A DNA stretch of 64,000 nt, taken from Eledone cirrhosa (taxonomy: Eukaryota). The notes under the pieces are model-generated. The model did no database searches, was not told the origin of the DNA, and saw nothing but the letters and a program-made list of their open reading frames with translations. Below, piece after piece: positions 28,169 through 43,363 of this stretch. The position numbers and the translations under genes were made by a program. Position 1 is the first letter of the stretch, and the number at the start of each line of letters is the position of its first letter. Where the stretch lies: positions 75,206,001 to 75,270,000 of the forward strand of contig OZ024744.1 of NCBI GenBank assembly GCA_964016885.1. The letters are read 5' to 3'.

Positions 28169-28577
28169 GACATATATATATACATATATACATATATACA
28201 TACACACACACACGTATATATATATATATATATGAAATGAAGGAAGACCAAGCTTAAAAACTTAAGTCCTTTCTACGAACGTTTACATTCTGGTGCTAAC
28301 GGAAGATGCATATATAAACCCCTAAGATAATCAGAAACGGTTAATTAACAGTTATTTACACAAAACAATACATATTTCATCAGCATATCGTCAGGAATTA
28401 TATAAAGGGATAAGGTTTTAACCAAATAAAAGGTATAAGAATACACGAGCAGTGAAATAATCGAAGGAATGAAATAGGAATTACAAACACTTACACACAT
28501 ACATACATGCATACACACACAAACACACGCGCGCACACACACACACACACACTCATATATATATATATATATATATA

Positions 28578-28940
28578 TAATAAAAGGACGATCTTATGTC
28601 TTCATTGCGTTTATTGAGTAGTGACGCGTGTTTCGCTATTGATCAGCTCAAGGTTCGATCTGTATCGATCTGGTCCAACTCTGGGATTCTGTCATTACCA
28701 CAAGAGAGGTCCTACGAGCTTTTGATTCCAGAGTTGGGCCAGATCGATAGAGATGGAACCTTGAGCTGATTAATAGCAAAACGCCCATCACTGCTCAATA
28801 AACGTAATGAAGACATAACATATCGTCCTTTTTATTATTATTATTACACTCTTCTTTATTCTACAGTCCTATACATACTGAAAACTATGCATCGAGTGCT
28901 CATTCGGATGAACCTACAGTAACTGCATGTGAAACGCCCT

Positions 28941-28941
<1 letters not shown>
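28578..28941. mobile_element. Fold-back pLTR-like element
   Basis: Diverged inverted arms about 28578-28709 and 28727-28835; GCT...AGC-GAAA-CACGCG-TC on the minus strand; tail with ATCGAGTGCT at 28891. Confidence 0.7.
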
Positions 28942-29028
<87 letters not shown>

Positions 29029-29030
<2 letters not shown>

Positions 29031-29357
29031 GATATTAAATAAATGGAAACTATATTTATAAAACCATATTTATTTCATTTGGCACTGCCAAATCAACTTT
29101 CTCAAATACAAGTCGATGTTGAACGGTATGTCAAATCTATTTATCTATAAAACTGTCTATGTTGTATTTTGTCTGAGGAAGGCATAACATATTGTTAATA
29201 TGATATCCCTGAAATATATATAATGAAATAAATATGGTTTTATAAATATAGTTTCCATTTATTTAATATCGTAAATATACTCCAAATACTTGTTGAGTGC
29301 TTTTATATCAGTTATAAATATTTACTAGTTGTAACCCAACAATTTAGATATAACTTT

Positions 29358-29360
<3 letters not shown>
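29029..29360 (+). mobile_element. Fold-back element with hammerhead at 29165-29230
   Basis: Arms about 29029-29079 and 29222-29272; TATTTTGT-CTGAGGA-AGG...CCT-GAAA-TATATA-TA-ATGAAATA; tail with GTTGAGTGCT at 29292. Confidence 0.75.
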
Positions 29361-29732
<372 letters not shown>

Positions 29733-29955
29733 CATATATGGGCGTTTAGGCATAAGCGCACGCATGCACATATAATTACATATATAAATTGGCATATATA
29801 CAAGTATATACGTCTGTCTCTCTCTATTTGTCGCTCTCTGTGTGTATGCGTGCATGTATGTATGTGTGCATGCATATATATGCATATATTTATGCATGTA
29901 TGTATACATATATGTATGCATGTGTGTATGCATGTATATATATATATATATATAT

Positions 29956-30123
29956 CGAAGGAATAGTGGTAAGGAACCAGATGGACCATAACGCACCAGA
30001 GAACTCAATACTTAGGGTAGTAGATTGGGTAATAGGAAAAGGTATGACACCGACGCCAGAGTCAAGCCGTTTCGTTTAGTCCGTCGAAACGGCTTGAGCT
30101 CTGCCGTCGGGGTCATACATTTT

Positions 30124-30128
<5 letters not shown>
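29956..30128 (-). mobile_element. Fold-back element of the GAAACGGCTTGAGCTC family
   Basis: Arms 30032-30074 and 30085-30128; tail homologous to 37417-37493. Confidence 0.8.
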
Positions 30129-30205
<77 letters not shown>

Positions 30206-30313
30206 CATATGTATGCATGTATGCATGTATACATGTAGGTATGTATATATATGTGTATATGTATGTATATATATATACGTCCCTATACTATATATATATA
30301 GAGAGAGAGAGAG

Positions 30314-30445
30314 ATTCCTGATGATTTCTAAAGAATGAAACAAATCTAGTCCTGTAGAATCTCATATATATTAAAACTTTTATACTCTGCAATGTATTGA
30401 GTACCTTACTTAATGCGGTTACCTCCGATTCAACCCGGAATAACG
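30314..30445 (+). mobile_element. pLTR-like end of the GAAACAGTTCTAG family
   Basis: CTGATGA-TTTC(taaa)GAAT-GAAA at 30318-30340; tail matches 18430-18526. Confidence 0.75.
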
Positions 30446-30477
<32 letters not shown>

Positions 30478-30836
30478 TAGATATAGATATACGTATATGC
30501 ATGTGACTGTACTATATATATATTTATATGCATGGACTTGAAATATCTATGTGTCTGCATGCGTCAGTACATGTTACTATTATTGAGTGCATTTTTTTTT
30601 TACCCCAAAAGTTCAACGAAATACACAACAGCATATAAATTTCATTGAAATATATTAATCCAATACTTTTAAAAGTATTATTCTTATCATATATACTATT
30701 ATATACTATTATAGTTTATCTATCTCACTCTTTCCCGCACACACTTAACTTCTCTTTCTGATACATATAGAAATATATGTATGTGTGTGTTGGTATGGGT
30801 GATGTATTTATATATACATATATATATATATATATA

Positions 30837-30901
<65 letters not shown>

Positions 30902-30929
30902 TGGTATGGGTGATGTATTTATATATATA

Positions 30930-31008
<79 letters not shown>

Positions 31009-31009
31009 G

Positions 31010-31059
<50 letters not shown>

Positions 31060-31089
31060 GGTGTGTGTGTATATATATATGTGTGTGTG

Positions 31090-31121
<32 letters not shown>

Positions 31122-31904
31122 GTTTCCTTTCCATATATACCTCATATCTATAAATATAACTATCAATGTATCTATCTATCGGATTATACATCCATGTATA
31201 TAAATATATAGATATGTGTGTGTGTGTAAGTGTATGTATATATATATATATATATATATGTGTAAGTGTGTACACATACAAACATATACATGCATATATG
31301 TGCATACATACATACATACACATACATATATACATACATATATATATGCATGCAAGTATGCATGCATACATGCATGCATGCATACATGCATATACACTTG
31401 CAGATGCACACATACATACACACATACATACACTCATGCATTCATACTTACATATTTACATTAGGCTCACATATTCTCTTTTCAATTGACAATGATATCC
31501 TATTATTATTTTTATTATTTTATTTTTTATTATCATTATTATTATTATTATTATTGTCATTATTATTATTATTATTGTTATTACCATTATTGCAATATCA
31601 TTATTATTATCATTATTATTATTATTATTGTTATTACTATTTTTGCAATATCAAAATATGAAAGATTTTTCCATCGGTTGCAATTTTTCTATATTTGAAA
31701 TATTCAAATTAAGTCAGCGATACAAGTATAGATGGAGTTTTAATGGTGACTACACAGAAACGTTATACGTTAATGGAGCCAATATTTCTAATAGAAAACT
31801 TGTAGAAACTTTCAGTATGTTTCAAACTCTAAGTATTGATACGACGATGGAATACAGAATGAGGCTTAGTTAGTTATATTCACCGTTATATTGTTATTGT
31901 TATT

Positions 31905-32280
31905 AATATTTGAAAAGGAAAATCAGGGTGGAGAGGGAAGTGCTGTCTTTCCATCAATTTGTTGAAAGATGGGTGAGAGAGGCAAGCATGGCCCGAGTGA
32001 ATGGGTCTGCTCTGAGTATACGCCTCTAAATTGGAGATGGAAAACTGGGAGAGGGCCCTGGTGGTCAGGGTCACCGTGGTTTTTTAATGGGCTTTCTCCA
32101 CGTGTATCCCTCGGAAGTCCCCCCCCTCTTATTGTTGAATTTCCTTTTGTTTCCTTTTTTCTTATTTCCTTTGTTATTGTTTTTTTTCTTTACACACAGA
32201 AATGCGCATTTGTACCGTCAAGTGCTCTCCTTAATGTTATACTTTATGTCAACCCATGTGGTTAATAAAGAAAGCATTGT
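31905..32280 (+). mobile_element. Tx1-like LINE 3' end and 3' UTR
   Basis: IRVEREVLSFHQFVERWVREASMARVNG...* followed by a pyrimidine-rich UTR and AATAAA. Confidence 0.55.
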
Positions 32281-32329
32281 CATTAAGATATGTATTATTA
32301 TTATTTTAATTATTATTAGTCATATTATT

Positions 32330-32470
32330 ATTGCTCGCCGTCACTCTTTTACCGAGCACAGCTCTGTGTGCCTTGGGTATGTGCAGTATGGTTTTTGGTT
32401 GTGTTATTTCTATTGTATTGAGAGTATTCTTAGTAATATGTGTGCAGTGCGTAGTAGTGCCATTTTGTTT
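32330..32470 (-). mobile_element. R4/Dong-like 3' tail
   Basis: Minus strand KMALLRTAHILLRILSIQ* then a short UTR ending in (AAT)n. Confidence 0.6.
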
Positions 32471-33352
32471 TTCCTCAGCTCGTGTCCTTGACGGAGCTGC
32501 AAACCTGAGTCAAGCGCAGACCGAAAGGTAGTGTTTGGAAATCGGAATTTCTCCAAGCACTCAATGCCCTTTGCCACCTCGGCTTTCTATAGACGGTTAG
32601 GGGAGGGCAAGAGCAACGGCATCCTTGGGGAAACTCTGGAGTGTTTGTTTATTTGTATGTATATATGATATTTCTTCTTCAAACTTATGGTACCTGTATG
32701 GAGAGAAACTTCCGCAAAATGTGAGAATGGTGTCTTACAAATCATCGATTTGTAGGTAGTCAGGAAATTGGGCTGCATAATAATTTGCACCCTTACATAT
32801 CCCTAGCGTTTCAATAACTGCAAGCAAAATAATTGTGTGGGTGTGTAATTTTTTTTTTTCATTGTTTTTTTTTTGTCAGATGGTGCTGCAACATATCTAA
32901 AAGACAAGATTTTTCCAACAAAAATTGTTTACCGACTTTATCTAGGCGATTGGTTTGGATTTCCCTGTCTGTCTTAATACGACTATTCCAGTAGATTTGT
33001 TCTAGTACTCCATTTTGTATTTTCAAAAATATAAAATGGAGTAATCAGAACCCGATCAGAACAAAGAGGAGGTGACAGCGAGGGACAAGAATGATAATTC
33101 AGAAAACCACAGCATGCGCAATCAAAGAGCTTTGACAATTAACAATTAAACCACCCTGTTACTAAACTAAACGTTGAATGGATTAGTTACTCAACTAATA
33201 ATAGACTGAAGTGAAACTCAATTGATGTGTGTTTTTTATTGACAGTATGACGCTCTCAATGCATAACGATGTATGTTTTAACACGATTTCACATAAAAAT
33301 CTTACAAAATAAATTTGTTTAAATGAAGTGTATACATATTTATATATATATA

Positions 33353-33402
<50 letters not shown>

Positions 33403-33736
33403 CGTGGGTGCGCGTGTGTGTGTGTGTATGTGTGTGTGTGTATGTGTGCGTGTATGTGTGTGTGTGCGTGTGTGTGTGTGAGTATGTATGCGAAAAGTAG
33501 ACGGAAAACCACTTTCCAAAACGATGCAGTGCAATGAATATATATGTTATTTTCACGTTTGTTATAGTAGGAAAAGCGTTTTTAACGTTTCCGGCATTAG
33601 AACTTCATCAGAAAATAGAATGAGAAATAAAAGAAGTAATAGAGGAGTGGTGAGAAGAGGAAGAAACGGGCAGTTTTATTTTTGTTTGTTTGTTTGTTTT
33701 TCGAGTAAACACATCATTTTTCAGTTTGCCATTTTG

Positions 33737-34860
<1,124 letters not shown>

Positions 34861-34915
34861 ATATATTATATTATATTATATATCATATTATATTATATTA
34901 TTTATGTTAATAAAG

Positions 34916-35091
34916 GCCGGTGAATTGGCAGTATCGGTAGAGGGTCGGACATGCTTTCCAGCATAGTTACGTCCCTTTATGATCTGAGTTCAAATCCGGC
35001 CGAGGTTAACTTTGCCTTACGGGGTCGATAAAATAAAGTACCAGTAATGTACTGGGTAATTGCTGGCCTTGTGCCTAAAGTAGAAAAAATT
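34916..35091 (+). mobile_element. SINE
   Basis: Dominant family, head to tail. Confidence 0.9.
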
Positions 35092-35280
35092 ATTTATGTT
35101 AATACACGGAACAAAAGTTCTACCTAAGGTTTCTAGTCCCAATATTGACCATATCTCTAGAATGTAACACGGATCAAAATTGTGACCTATCATCAGGCGA
35201 TCATACGTTCTGAAGTAATGGTCAATATTTGACCTTGAAACTTTAGGTAGCGTTTTGGTTCTGTGTATGAACATAAATAA
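35090..35280. mobile_element. MITE-like inverted-repeat element
   Basis: TTATTTATGTTAATACACGGAAC...AATATTGACCAT versus ATGGTCAATATT...GTTCTGTGTATGAACATAAATAA; diverged arms of about 75 bp. Confidence 0.6.
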
Positions 35281-35914
35281 ATAATATAATATATATCAGC
35301 TCTCTTTACCATTGAGCACTATTTTCCCTTTTTCTTTTTTCACACCTACCGATATTTTCTACATATATACATATATATATATATGAGTGTGTGTGTGTGA
35401 GTGTGTGTGCGTTTGTGTGTGTGAACGAGTGTGTGTGTATCTGTGTGTGTGTGCGTGCGCCTCTGTGTGTGTGTCTGTGTGTGGAGAGAGTGGGGGGGAT
35501 ATAAATAGCTAAATAGATAAGATACTGAAGTTTAAAATCAGCACAAATTGTTACAGTACAAAAATGTTAGACGTTTGTATTTTTTTAATTGCTGTTGGTG
35601 TTATATATATATGTATTGCTTTGTTATACATTGTACTTTCTTTTTTATTTTTTATTTCATTCTTTCTTTTTCCGCAATGAGACAAATCTGTTGATACGTG
35701 CTGTTAAGATAGATTTGAATAAGGTTGATAAAGCTGTTGATTTTTTGTTAGTTTGAATATGATGTTACTATGTTCTGCAAAAGTTGAAATTTGTCGATTC
35801 TCACGTCGTTTGTAACAGTTGGTATATTAGAATGACAATAAATGTATTTCTGTTTTCTTTTGTTTATTATTTTTTTTTTTTGGGGGGGGGGGGGGGTATA
35901 TTGTTGTTGTTTTT

Positions 35915-36195
35915 TTAAAGTTATGCTTTGGTTTTGTTTTAAAGGTGTAAATGTTTTTTTTCTTTTTTCTTTTCTTTCTTTTTTTTAAGTTTTGCTTTGC
36001 TTTTGTGTTTTGTTTTAAAGGTGTAAATGGTTTTATTTTCGTTGTTTTTGTTTTCGTTCAGTTTTTAAAGTTTTGCTTTGGTTTTGTTTTAAAGGTGTAA
36101 ATGTTCTTTTTTGTTTGTTTCCATTTTTCTTATTGTTTTCTTTTTTTTTTCTTTTTTTTGAAGTTTTGTGTTGGTTTTGTTTTAAAGGTGTAAAG
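35915..36195. repeat. Four-copy T-rich tandem repeat
   Basis: AAGTTTTGCTTTGGTTTTGTTTTAAAGGTGTAAA recurs at about 35918, 35987, 36068 and 36161. Confidence 0.85.
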
Positions 36196-36515
36196 ATAAG
36201 AAACAAATGAAACTGTCAACTTTAGCAGCTGCTTATGTTGTTTTTTGGTGCCGCCTCTAGTGGCGTAAGCACAGTTACAGTAACATTGATAAGGAGTTTA
36301 AAAGAAAATAGACCTATATCTTCCTTCAGAAGAGTAATTTATAACAAGACAAAATTAATTCTTTGGCTACATTATGCATTGTCGTTGTTTTCTCTGATGT
36401 TTTATTCAGTTCCTTTCTGTTCTCATTTTTATTTATTTATTATTTTTTTTTTTAGTTATTTAAAGCTTTGCAGTGAAATATGTTTCATCAAAATTTTGTG
36501 ATGAAATATGTAAAT

Positions 36516-37025
36516 AATTGTTTCTACTTTTAGCACAAGGCCAACACTTAACCAGTGCATTACTGGTACTTTATGTTATAGACCCCGGAAGTATAAAAGG
36601 CAAAGTTAACCTCGGCGGGTTTGAACTAAGAATGGAACGAGCCGTAACTCTATGTTTCAAAGTATGGAGTCCAACTCTCTACCGATAGTGCCAATCCACC
36701 ATAATAAATAAATAATTAAATAATGTATACCCTTTTATCTGTCTCTGTCTGATTCTCTTTATCAGTCATTTGACAGAATCGATAAAGTGCCGAACACCAT
36801 GTTTTGCCGTGGCCCTTTATGTTCTGAGTTCAAACCCCGCCTTTCATTCGTACTGAGTCGATAAAATAAAGTATCAGTAATGCACTGGTGCGATATAATC
36901 GACTTTCCCCTGCATTTGTGCCATTCAGTCGGTGGATTGGTAATATCAGTAGAAGATCGGGCGCCATACTTTGTGGCATGGAGTTACGGCTCTTTACGGC
37001 ATTGTGCCAAAAGTAGAAACAATTA
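36516..37025. mobile_element. SINE cluster (minus copy 36516-36700, then two partial plus copies)
   Basis: Dominant SINE family motifs in both orientations. Confidence 0.8.
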
Positions 37026-37262
37026 TTTATATACTCATATATACACTCATTCAGCCATTATTTATATAGGTGTGTCCGAAATTGCTTGTACTATTATATT
37101 TAAAATCCGCTAACATTCACTGTCAATAGGATTCGTTACACTTAAATATCAATTCGTCACGTGTAAATTTCACATATTTCATTAGATAAAAAATACTGTA
37201 ATTTCAAATGTTTTCCGTCCACGGCTCAACATACATACATACATATATACATATATATATGT

Positions 37263-37302
<40 letters not shown>

Positions 37303-37307
<5 letters not shown>

Positions 37308-37492
37308 AACCAGTAAGACCCCGACGGCTGAGCACAAGCCGTTTCGACGGCTAATTCTGCAGAATTAGCCGTCTAAACGGCTTGAGCTCAGTCGTCGGGG
37401 TCTTACTGGTTCCTATTACCCACTCTACTACCCTAAGTATTGAGTACTTTGGTGCGTTATGGTCCACTTGGTTCCTTACCACATTTCCTTCG

Positions 37493-37529
<37 letters not shown>

Positions 37530-37655
37530 GCCGTCGAAACGGCTTGAGCTCAGCTGTCGGGGTCTTACTGGTTCCTATTACCCACTCTACTACCTCAAGT
37601 ATTGAGTACTTTGGTGCGTTATGGTCCACCTGGTTCCTTACCACATTTCCTTCGT
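37303..37655 (+). mobile_element. Inverted plus tandem pLTR-like array (GAAACGGCTTGAGCTC family)
   Basis: Zero-loop palindrome centred AATTCTG|CAGAATT (37359/37360), tail to 37493, second direct copy 37524-37655 after a (TA)n spacer. Confidence 0.85.
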
Positions 37656-37657
37656 TA

Positions 37658-37780
<123 letters not shown>

Positions 37781-37967
37781 AACTAAAATATTGATTCCTT
37801 TTAGCTTCCCGTCCCCACGTAAAATGTGTAAATCAGTGGCTAGTTGAGAGATAGAGTCCTATCGGTTGCCTGTTAATCGCTTTACCGTGTCGGTTGTCAC
37901 AAACAGTCATGACCGGCATGGGCTTGTGTTTGGATTCTGTCGATCGATTGGTTATTGATTAGGCGAT

Positions 37968-38079
37968 ACTCACTGATGAAGCCGCATAAGCCGATTGTGC
38001 ATTGTTGCATAATATATGCAGACAGATTGTGCAGTGCACCTTACTGCTGCATTAGTGCGGCAGAAACTCGAGTCCGGGA
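37968..38079 (+). ncRNA. Hammerhead motif with long insertion in stem II
   Basis: CTGATGA-a-GCCGCA...(about 68 nt)...TGCGGC-a-GAAA-CTCGAG-TC; stem I is weak. Confidence 0.55.
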
Positions 38080-38223
38080 ACCTTATAGGCACCCGTTTTA
38101 CGCGTGTTGTGTTGAGACAAATAACTATGTGTATACTCTGGGAATGTATCTTACATTGCCCATTGAGTACGCTGAGATACAACCGGTACTGGCATTGATA
38201 AATATGCTGGGTCCGTCAACCCT

Positions 38224-38409
<186 letters not shown>

Positions 38410-38460
38410 ATTAGGTCAAATATGTAAAATTTGGCTTCGTTTATTATAAATTATAGATAT

Positions 38461-38515
38461 ACTGCTATATATATTTCGATGACAGCCATCCTTGGCTGTG
38501 ACCTCTTCAGGCAGT
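38461..38515 (-). ncRNA. Type I hammerhead ribozyme motif
   Basis: ACTGC-CTGAAGA-GGTC-ACAGCC(aaggat)GGCTGT-CATC-GAAA-TATATA-TA-GCAGT; stem I is perfect. Confidence 0.75.
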
Positions 38516-38717
38516 CCGAATTGGTGTGGGAGAGACAGGTACACATGTTGTTGAAGTGCGTTTTACTCTGTCAATACATCGACATGTCCAGCTCCTGGTT
38601 GTGTTGTTATTTCTCTGAGGAGCTGGAATCAAATATATATATATATTAGGATTGGTACTCTGAAATAGCGATTTATACATGAATGTATGTATAGTTTATT
38701 TGGCAATATAATATACA

Positions 38718-38853
<136 letters not shown>

Positions 38854-38899
38854 TATATATATATATCTACATACATATATATATCCACGGCTCAACATC

Positions 38900-38988
<89 letters not shown>

Positions 38989-38991
<3 letters not shown>

Positions 38992-39315
38992 ATAAGAAAC
39001 GGAGAATTAGTGTTGCAACGAATAACATTTATTAGACATATTACAATCGTTTCTCTGGCGACCAGTTCGGGGCACGATCGATATAATGATCGAACCCGAC
39101 TCTGAAATCGCAAGGTCGTCAGATACGTCTCGATTCTACGAAGCAGAGTTTCCAAATGCTTCGTAGAATCGAGACGTATCTGACGACCTTGCGATTTTAG
39201 AGTCGGGTTCGATCATTATATCGATCGTGCGTCAAGACTCTCTTCCTGCTATATCAAGCGTTAACCTAATATATCCCTGTACCGATTGTGTTGTTATTTC
39301 AGTTTACGTTTTACA
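38989..39315. mobile_element. Fold-back element with extended hammerhead (39034-39130, minus)
   Basis: 74-bp arms 39072-39145 and 39157-39230; the tail 39235-39315 matches 47775-47865. Confidence 0.8.
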
Positions 39316-40873
39316 TACATATATATATAAATATATGTGTGTGTGTATATATACATATATATATATATGTATACATACACACCCACACACACATACATAT
39401 ATATATATGTGTGGGCGCGTGTGTGTGTGTATGTGTGTGTATGTGTGTATATGTGTGTGTGTGTGTGTATTTGTGTGTGTGTGTGTATGTGTGTATATGT
39501 GTGTGTGTGTGTGTGTTTGTGTGTGTGTTTGTGTGTGTGTGTCCAAGCGTGCGCGTGCGTGTGCGTGGGGGTTGTGGTGGTGTCTGGAAAATAAAGTTTT
39601 AAATTGGTTGCTAGTTTATTGAATAGGAATCCTGTTACTTCCACATAAATGTATTATATCAAAAACAATATTTATATTTTGTATGACATAGATACTCCAT
39701 CTTGAACTCGGAAATCTTACACTTTTTAATATACTATATCATGAATAAAACTGGTGGCTCATATCTAGAGTGATTCTTATTTCCTATTATTCCACCGCAT
39801 GTCAAATATTAAGAAATGAACGATATAGTTATATATATTTAATATTACCCATTTTTTCCTGTTAATTGGACTTCAATAATAAAAGAATAACAGGTGTTTC
39901 TCGATAAAGAATTCATTGAATATGTGATTCATTTGTTAAATAAGAAATAGTTATTGTGCTTAATAGTTACGTTGGAACATTAAAACAAGTCCGGATAGAA
40001 ACATTTAAAGAAAATGGTGGATTGTCTGGAGTGCAGCATGATTTAAAAAGAGGTTAAACGGTGTTATTTGCAGTGCTGTTAATAAGAGGGCGCGTAGTCA
40101 TAGCCAGTGCACCTTTTAGAAAAGTAATGGATGGTCAAGGCTCGACACCAGGATAAGGTGATTCAAAGATTAAAGAGAAGAGTTGAGGACAAAACATTTC
40201 ACGAAAATTTCACAAACATTGTGTGCATATTTGTATGAAAAAAAAAGTGAGACTATCGTTATGTAATATATATGTATGTATGATATATAAACACAACTAA
40301 CTATTAGCCATTGATCGTATTAAAACAGCCAAATACAAGCATGAAGGCAGTGTAGAAAATAGTTGTTTGAATCTGATTATTTCAATTGTACATATGTGTG
40401 GTGTAATAAGAGTGTCCATGTTTGTATACATCTTCTGTTGATGTTCATTTGCATTTTGACAGGCTAGAATTTATTAGCAATAGCGTAATTAGCATAGCGT
40501 AATTCATAATAAAGTTGTATAAGAAGGCATATGCGAAATGAAAAATATTCTTTTTTTTCTTTTTTGCAACAACAGATTAGTCATTTACTTCGTCAATTTG
40601 TTGGCTATTTTATAAATAAGTATTCAATTTGATATTTAAGTGTACTCTATTTGCTGTTCTCTCCGTCTTCTATATATAAAATACCTGTATATATAAAATA
40701 CCAGTTCATAAGTATATCCGTAGTTCAAGGCTAAAATATTTACCCGCTACTAACCTTTTGTTGACAGTTGCTGACTTCTAAGCCATCAGCCGTTAGGTCA
40801 TGGGCTGTATATGTATATGTATATGTATATGTATGCATATGTATATGTGTGTATACACACACACGCACACGCG

Positions 40874-41020
<147 letters not shown>

Positions 41021-41323
41021 ACCTACAAACACTCGCACGCATGCATATATATATATATATATATATATTTCCATAAGCCTCTTAAAATGTTGGCACTTCT
41101 TTATCCTACTTATAAGCAGTTTCATCGGTGACTGAAACAATGAAACCACTATACTAACACAGTAAATTTGAAAATGGTAAAAGAATGGAACCACACCCGT
41201 TTGTGTTATTATTATTCATGTTATTGTAGTTGTTGCTTTTGTTGAGGTTGTTGTAGTTGTTTTAGTTGTTGTTGTTGTCGTCGTTAATGTTGTCATTGTT
41301 GTTGTTATTATTATTGTAATGTT

Positions 41324-41510
41324 GGCGGTGAATTGGCAGTATCGGTAGAGGGTCGGACGCCATGCTTTCCAGCATAGTTACGTCCCTTTACGGTCTAAGT
41401 TCATATCCCGTCGAGGTTAACTTTGCCTTTCATCCTTACCGGGTCGATAAAATAAAGTACCAGTAATGTACTGGGTAATTGCTGGCCTTGTGCCAAAAGT
41501 AGAAACAATT
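41324..41510 (+). mobile_element. Full-length SINE
   Basis: Dominant family. Confidence 0.9.
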
Positions 41511-42209
41511 ATTATTGTAATGTTGTTTTTGTTGTTGAGTCTCTCGAGATGTACACAGCCGTGGAGTAAATTAATCATTTGTTTACGTGCTTTAAAAAGA
41601 TGTTTGTCTTAACATTATATATTGTTTTGTGGTTAAACCAACCATTTTCTTGGGAAGCTAATTGGTTTCCTCCTAGGTGTAACTCTTATTAAAAACACAA
41701 ATTGACATGCGGGCGAAAAAAAAAATTCGCTGAAATGAAAAGCCGTCCTGTTCACAAAATGGAATGTCCAAAGTTCAGAAAATATCGACTCGAGCAACAA
41801 CAACAACACCTCTGAACGGGAAAACTATAGAATTAATTTCCCGCGATTAAAATTTCGACACCTCTGTCACCCTCATTAGAGTAACTAAAGAAAACTAACA
41901 CGACAAAAAACAAAAACAATACTACTACAATTAAGATAATTACCAACAAAATGTCCAGTATTGACAGAGGTCGTCTAATTCGGGCCTTAGACCCCGGATT
42001 GAAGTAGTCATTGAAGCTAAAGAAGGAATCATTGAATAGATATCATAAATGTACTGTAAATAATATTTGTACCACTTTGTGTCTAAATAGAACCTTCCTT
42101 TGATGTGTTATGCGTCGTTTTCTAAATTCATGCAACAGTCCTAAAAACGTTACGCACCCTGTAGTGAGGCGCGTACCGGAGCTAGACACGACGGTCAGTT
42201 GTTAATAAA

Positions 42210-42860
42210 GGACGGACGTGATGTACACGCTCACTATCTCCACTTGACCTTTCAGGGATAGCTTCCTCGCAGCCCTTTTCTGGGTAGGAATGACCAGCTG
42301 CTCGTTATCCCATTCCAGTTGCTATCCACCTGGATGTCCGGACCGAACTAGACCTCGAGTAGTTTGATCAGTCCATCCATTCAGCGTCCGACGATGCTGT
42401 TGAAGGACATGGATTTGCTCATCCAGATGCCGAGCTGCAAACCCACCAAAGTATCAAGATTGATTTTTGCTCTGACCATCCAAACCAAGCCATTTCCGCC
42501 TCGTACAGCCGGTCACAGCTTTTCGTATCTCAAATGTTGTTATCGGCTTTTCGCAGCTTTTTTCATTTGCCGCTGAGAGTCACGATTGGCAGTTGAGGTA
42601 GTAACTGTAGTCCAAAACCGCCTCCCCCACCCCTGCGTTCTTCCCGAACATTCGTGACGCTGAAAAGCCGCACAAATGAGCTTGAAATCTAGCAGCATGT
42701 GCCCATATCAATCCGTCAAAGTCTCAGTCATGATTTTATTTCCATGCCCATCGAACAGCTTTTGTTCCCTCGTTTTTTGAAGCACGTGTCATAGCTCTGT
42801 CAATGCAACCATCATGTTTCGCATTGAAGAAATGATCCAGTGCCATTCTTGTAGCTAACA
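42210..42860 (-). mobile_element. Tx1/L1-like ORF2 fragments
   Basis: Minus strand LSAANEKSCEKPITTFEIRKAVTGC...LGLDG, joined by a deletion to sequence homologous to 22960-23050. Confidence 0.65.
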
Positions 42861-43236
42861 GGTCAGTTGCAATGCTGCCCCTAATTGTCTCTTCTAATTT
42901 AATTAGGAACTACCTCATTGCTCTATTTTTGTTATTGCTATTTCTTTACTATAAGCTATTTATTCCTCTCTAAACGCTTTCTTGTTAGCGTACCACTACC
43001 TATAGTTGACAATTGCTCCTATCAACTGTCACCTAACTAATGTGCTAATACGGTGCCTGTAGACTTTTTGTAACGACACGTTATGCTTTTAGTAACCGGT
43101 TCCCTGTATATTGTATATGTTCTGTCTAGGTCAACCATGCAGATCACGAAGTTGTGGTCTGAATAGGTGACCGGTTGTAATTGTGGACATCCTACAGTTT
43201 TCCTTTATGCTCACCTCTCTAAGTACGGTCCAGATC

Positions 43237-43363
43237 AGAGGTACTCAAAGTGGGCGCTACAGCCCCCGGGAAGCATTGAGAAGATCCAGTGTGAGCTGGG
43301 GCCTAAGGGGTTGATGGGGGCATTAGAAATGATATAATAGTATATTAAAGATCAAATGATACA
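43237..43363 (+). mobile_element. hAT-type MITE left part (interrupted)
   Basis: CAGAGGTACTCAAAGTGGGCGC... homologous to 58653 onward; appears to resume at about 45215-45380. Confidence 0.7.

Noticed and set aside
35915-36195. CRISPR-like repeat and spacer pattern
   Set aside because: Eukaryotic context, spacers are low-complexity T tracts, repeats are degenerate, and there are no cas genes.
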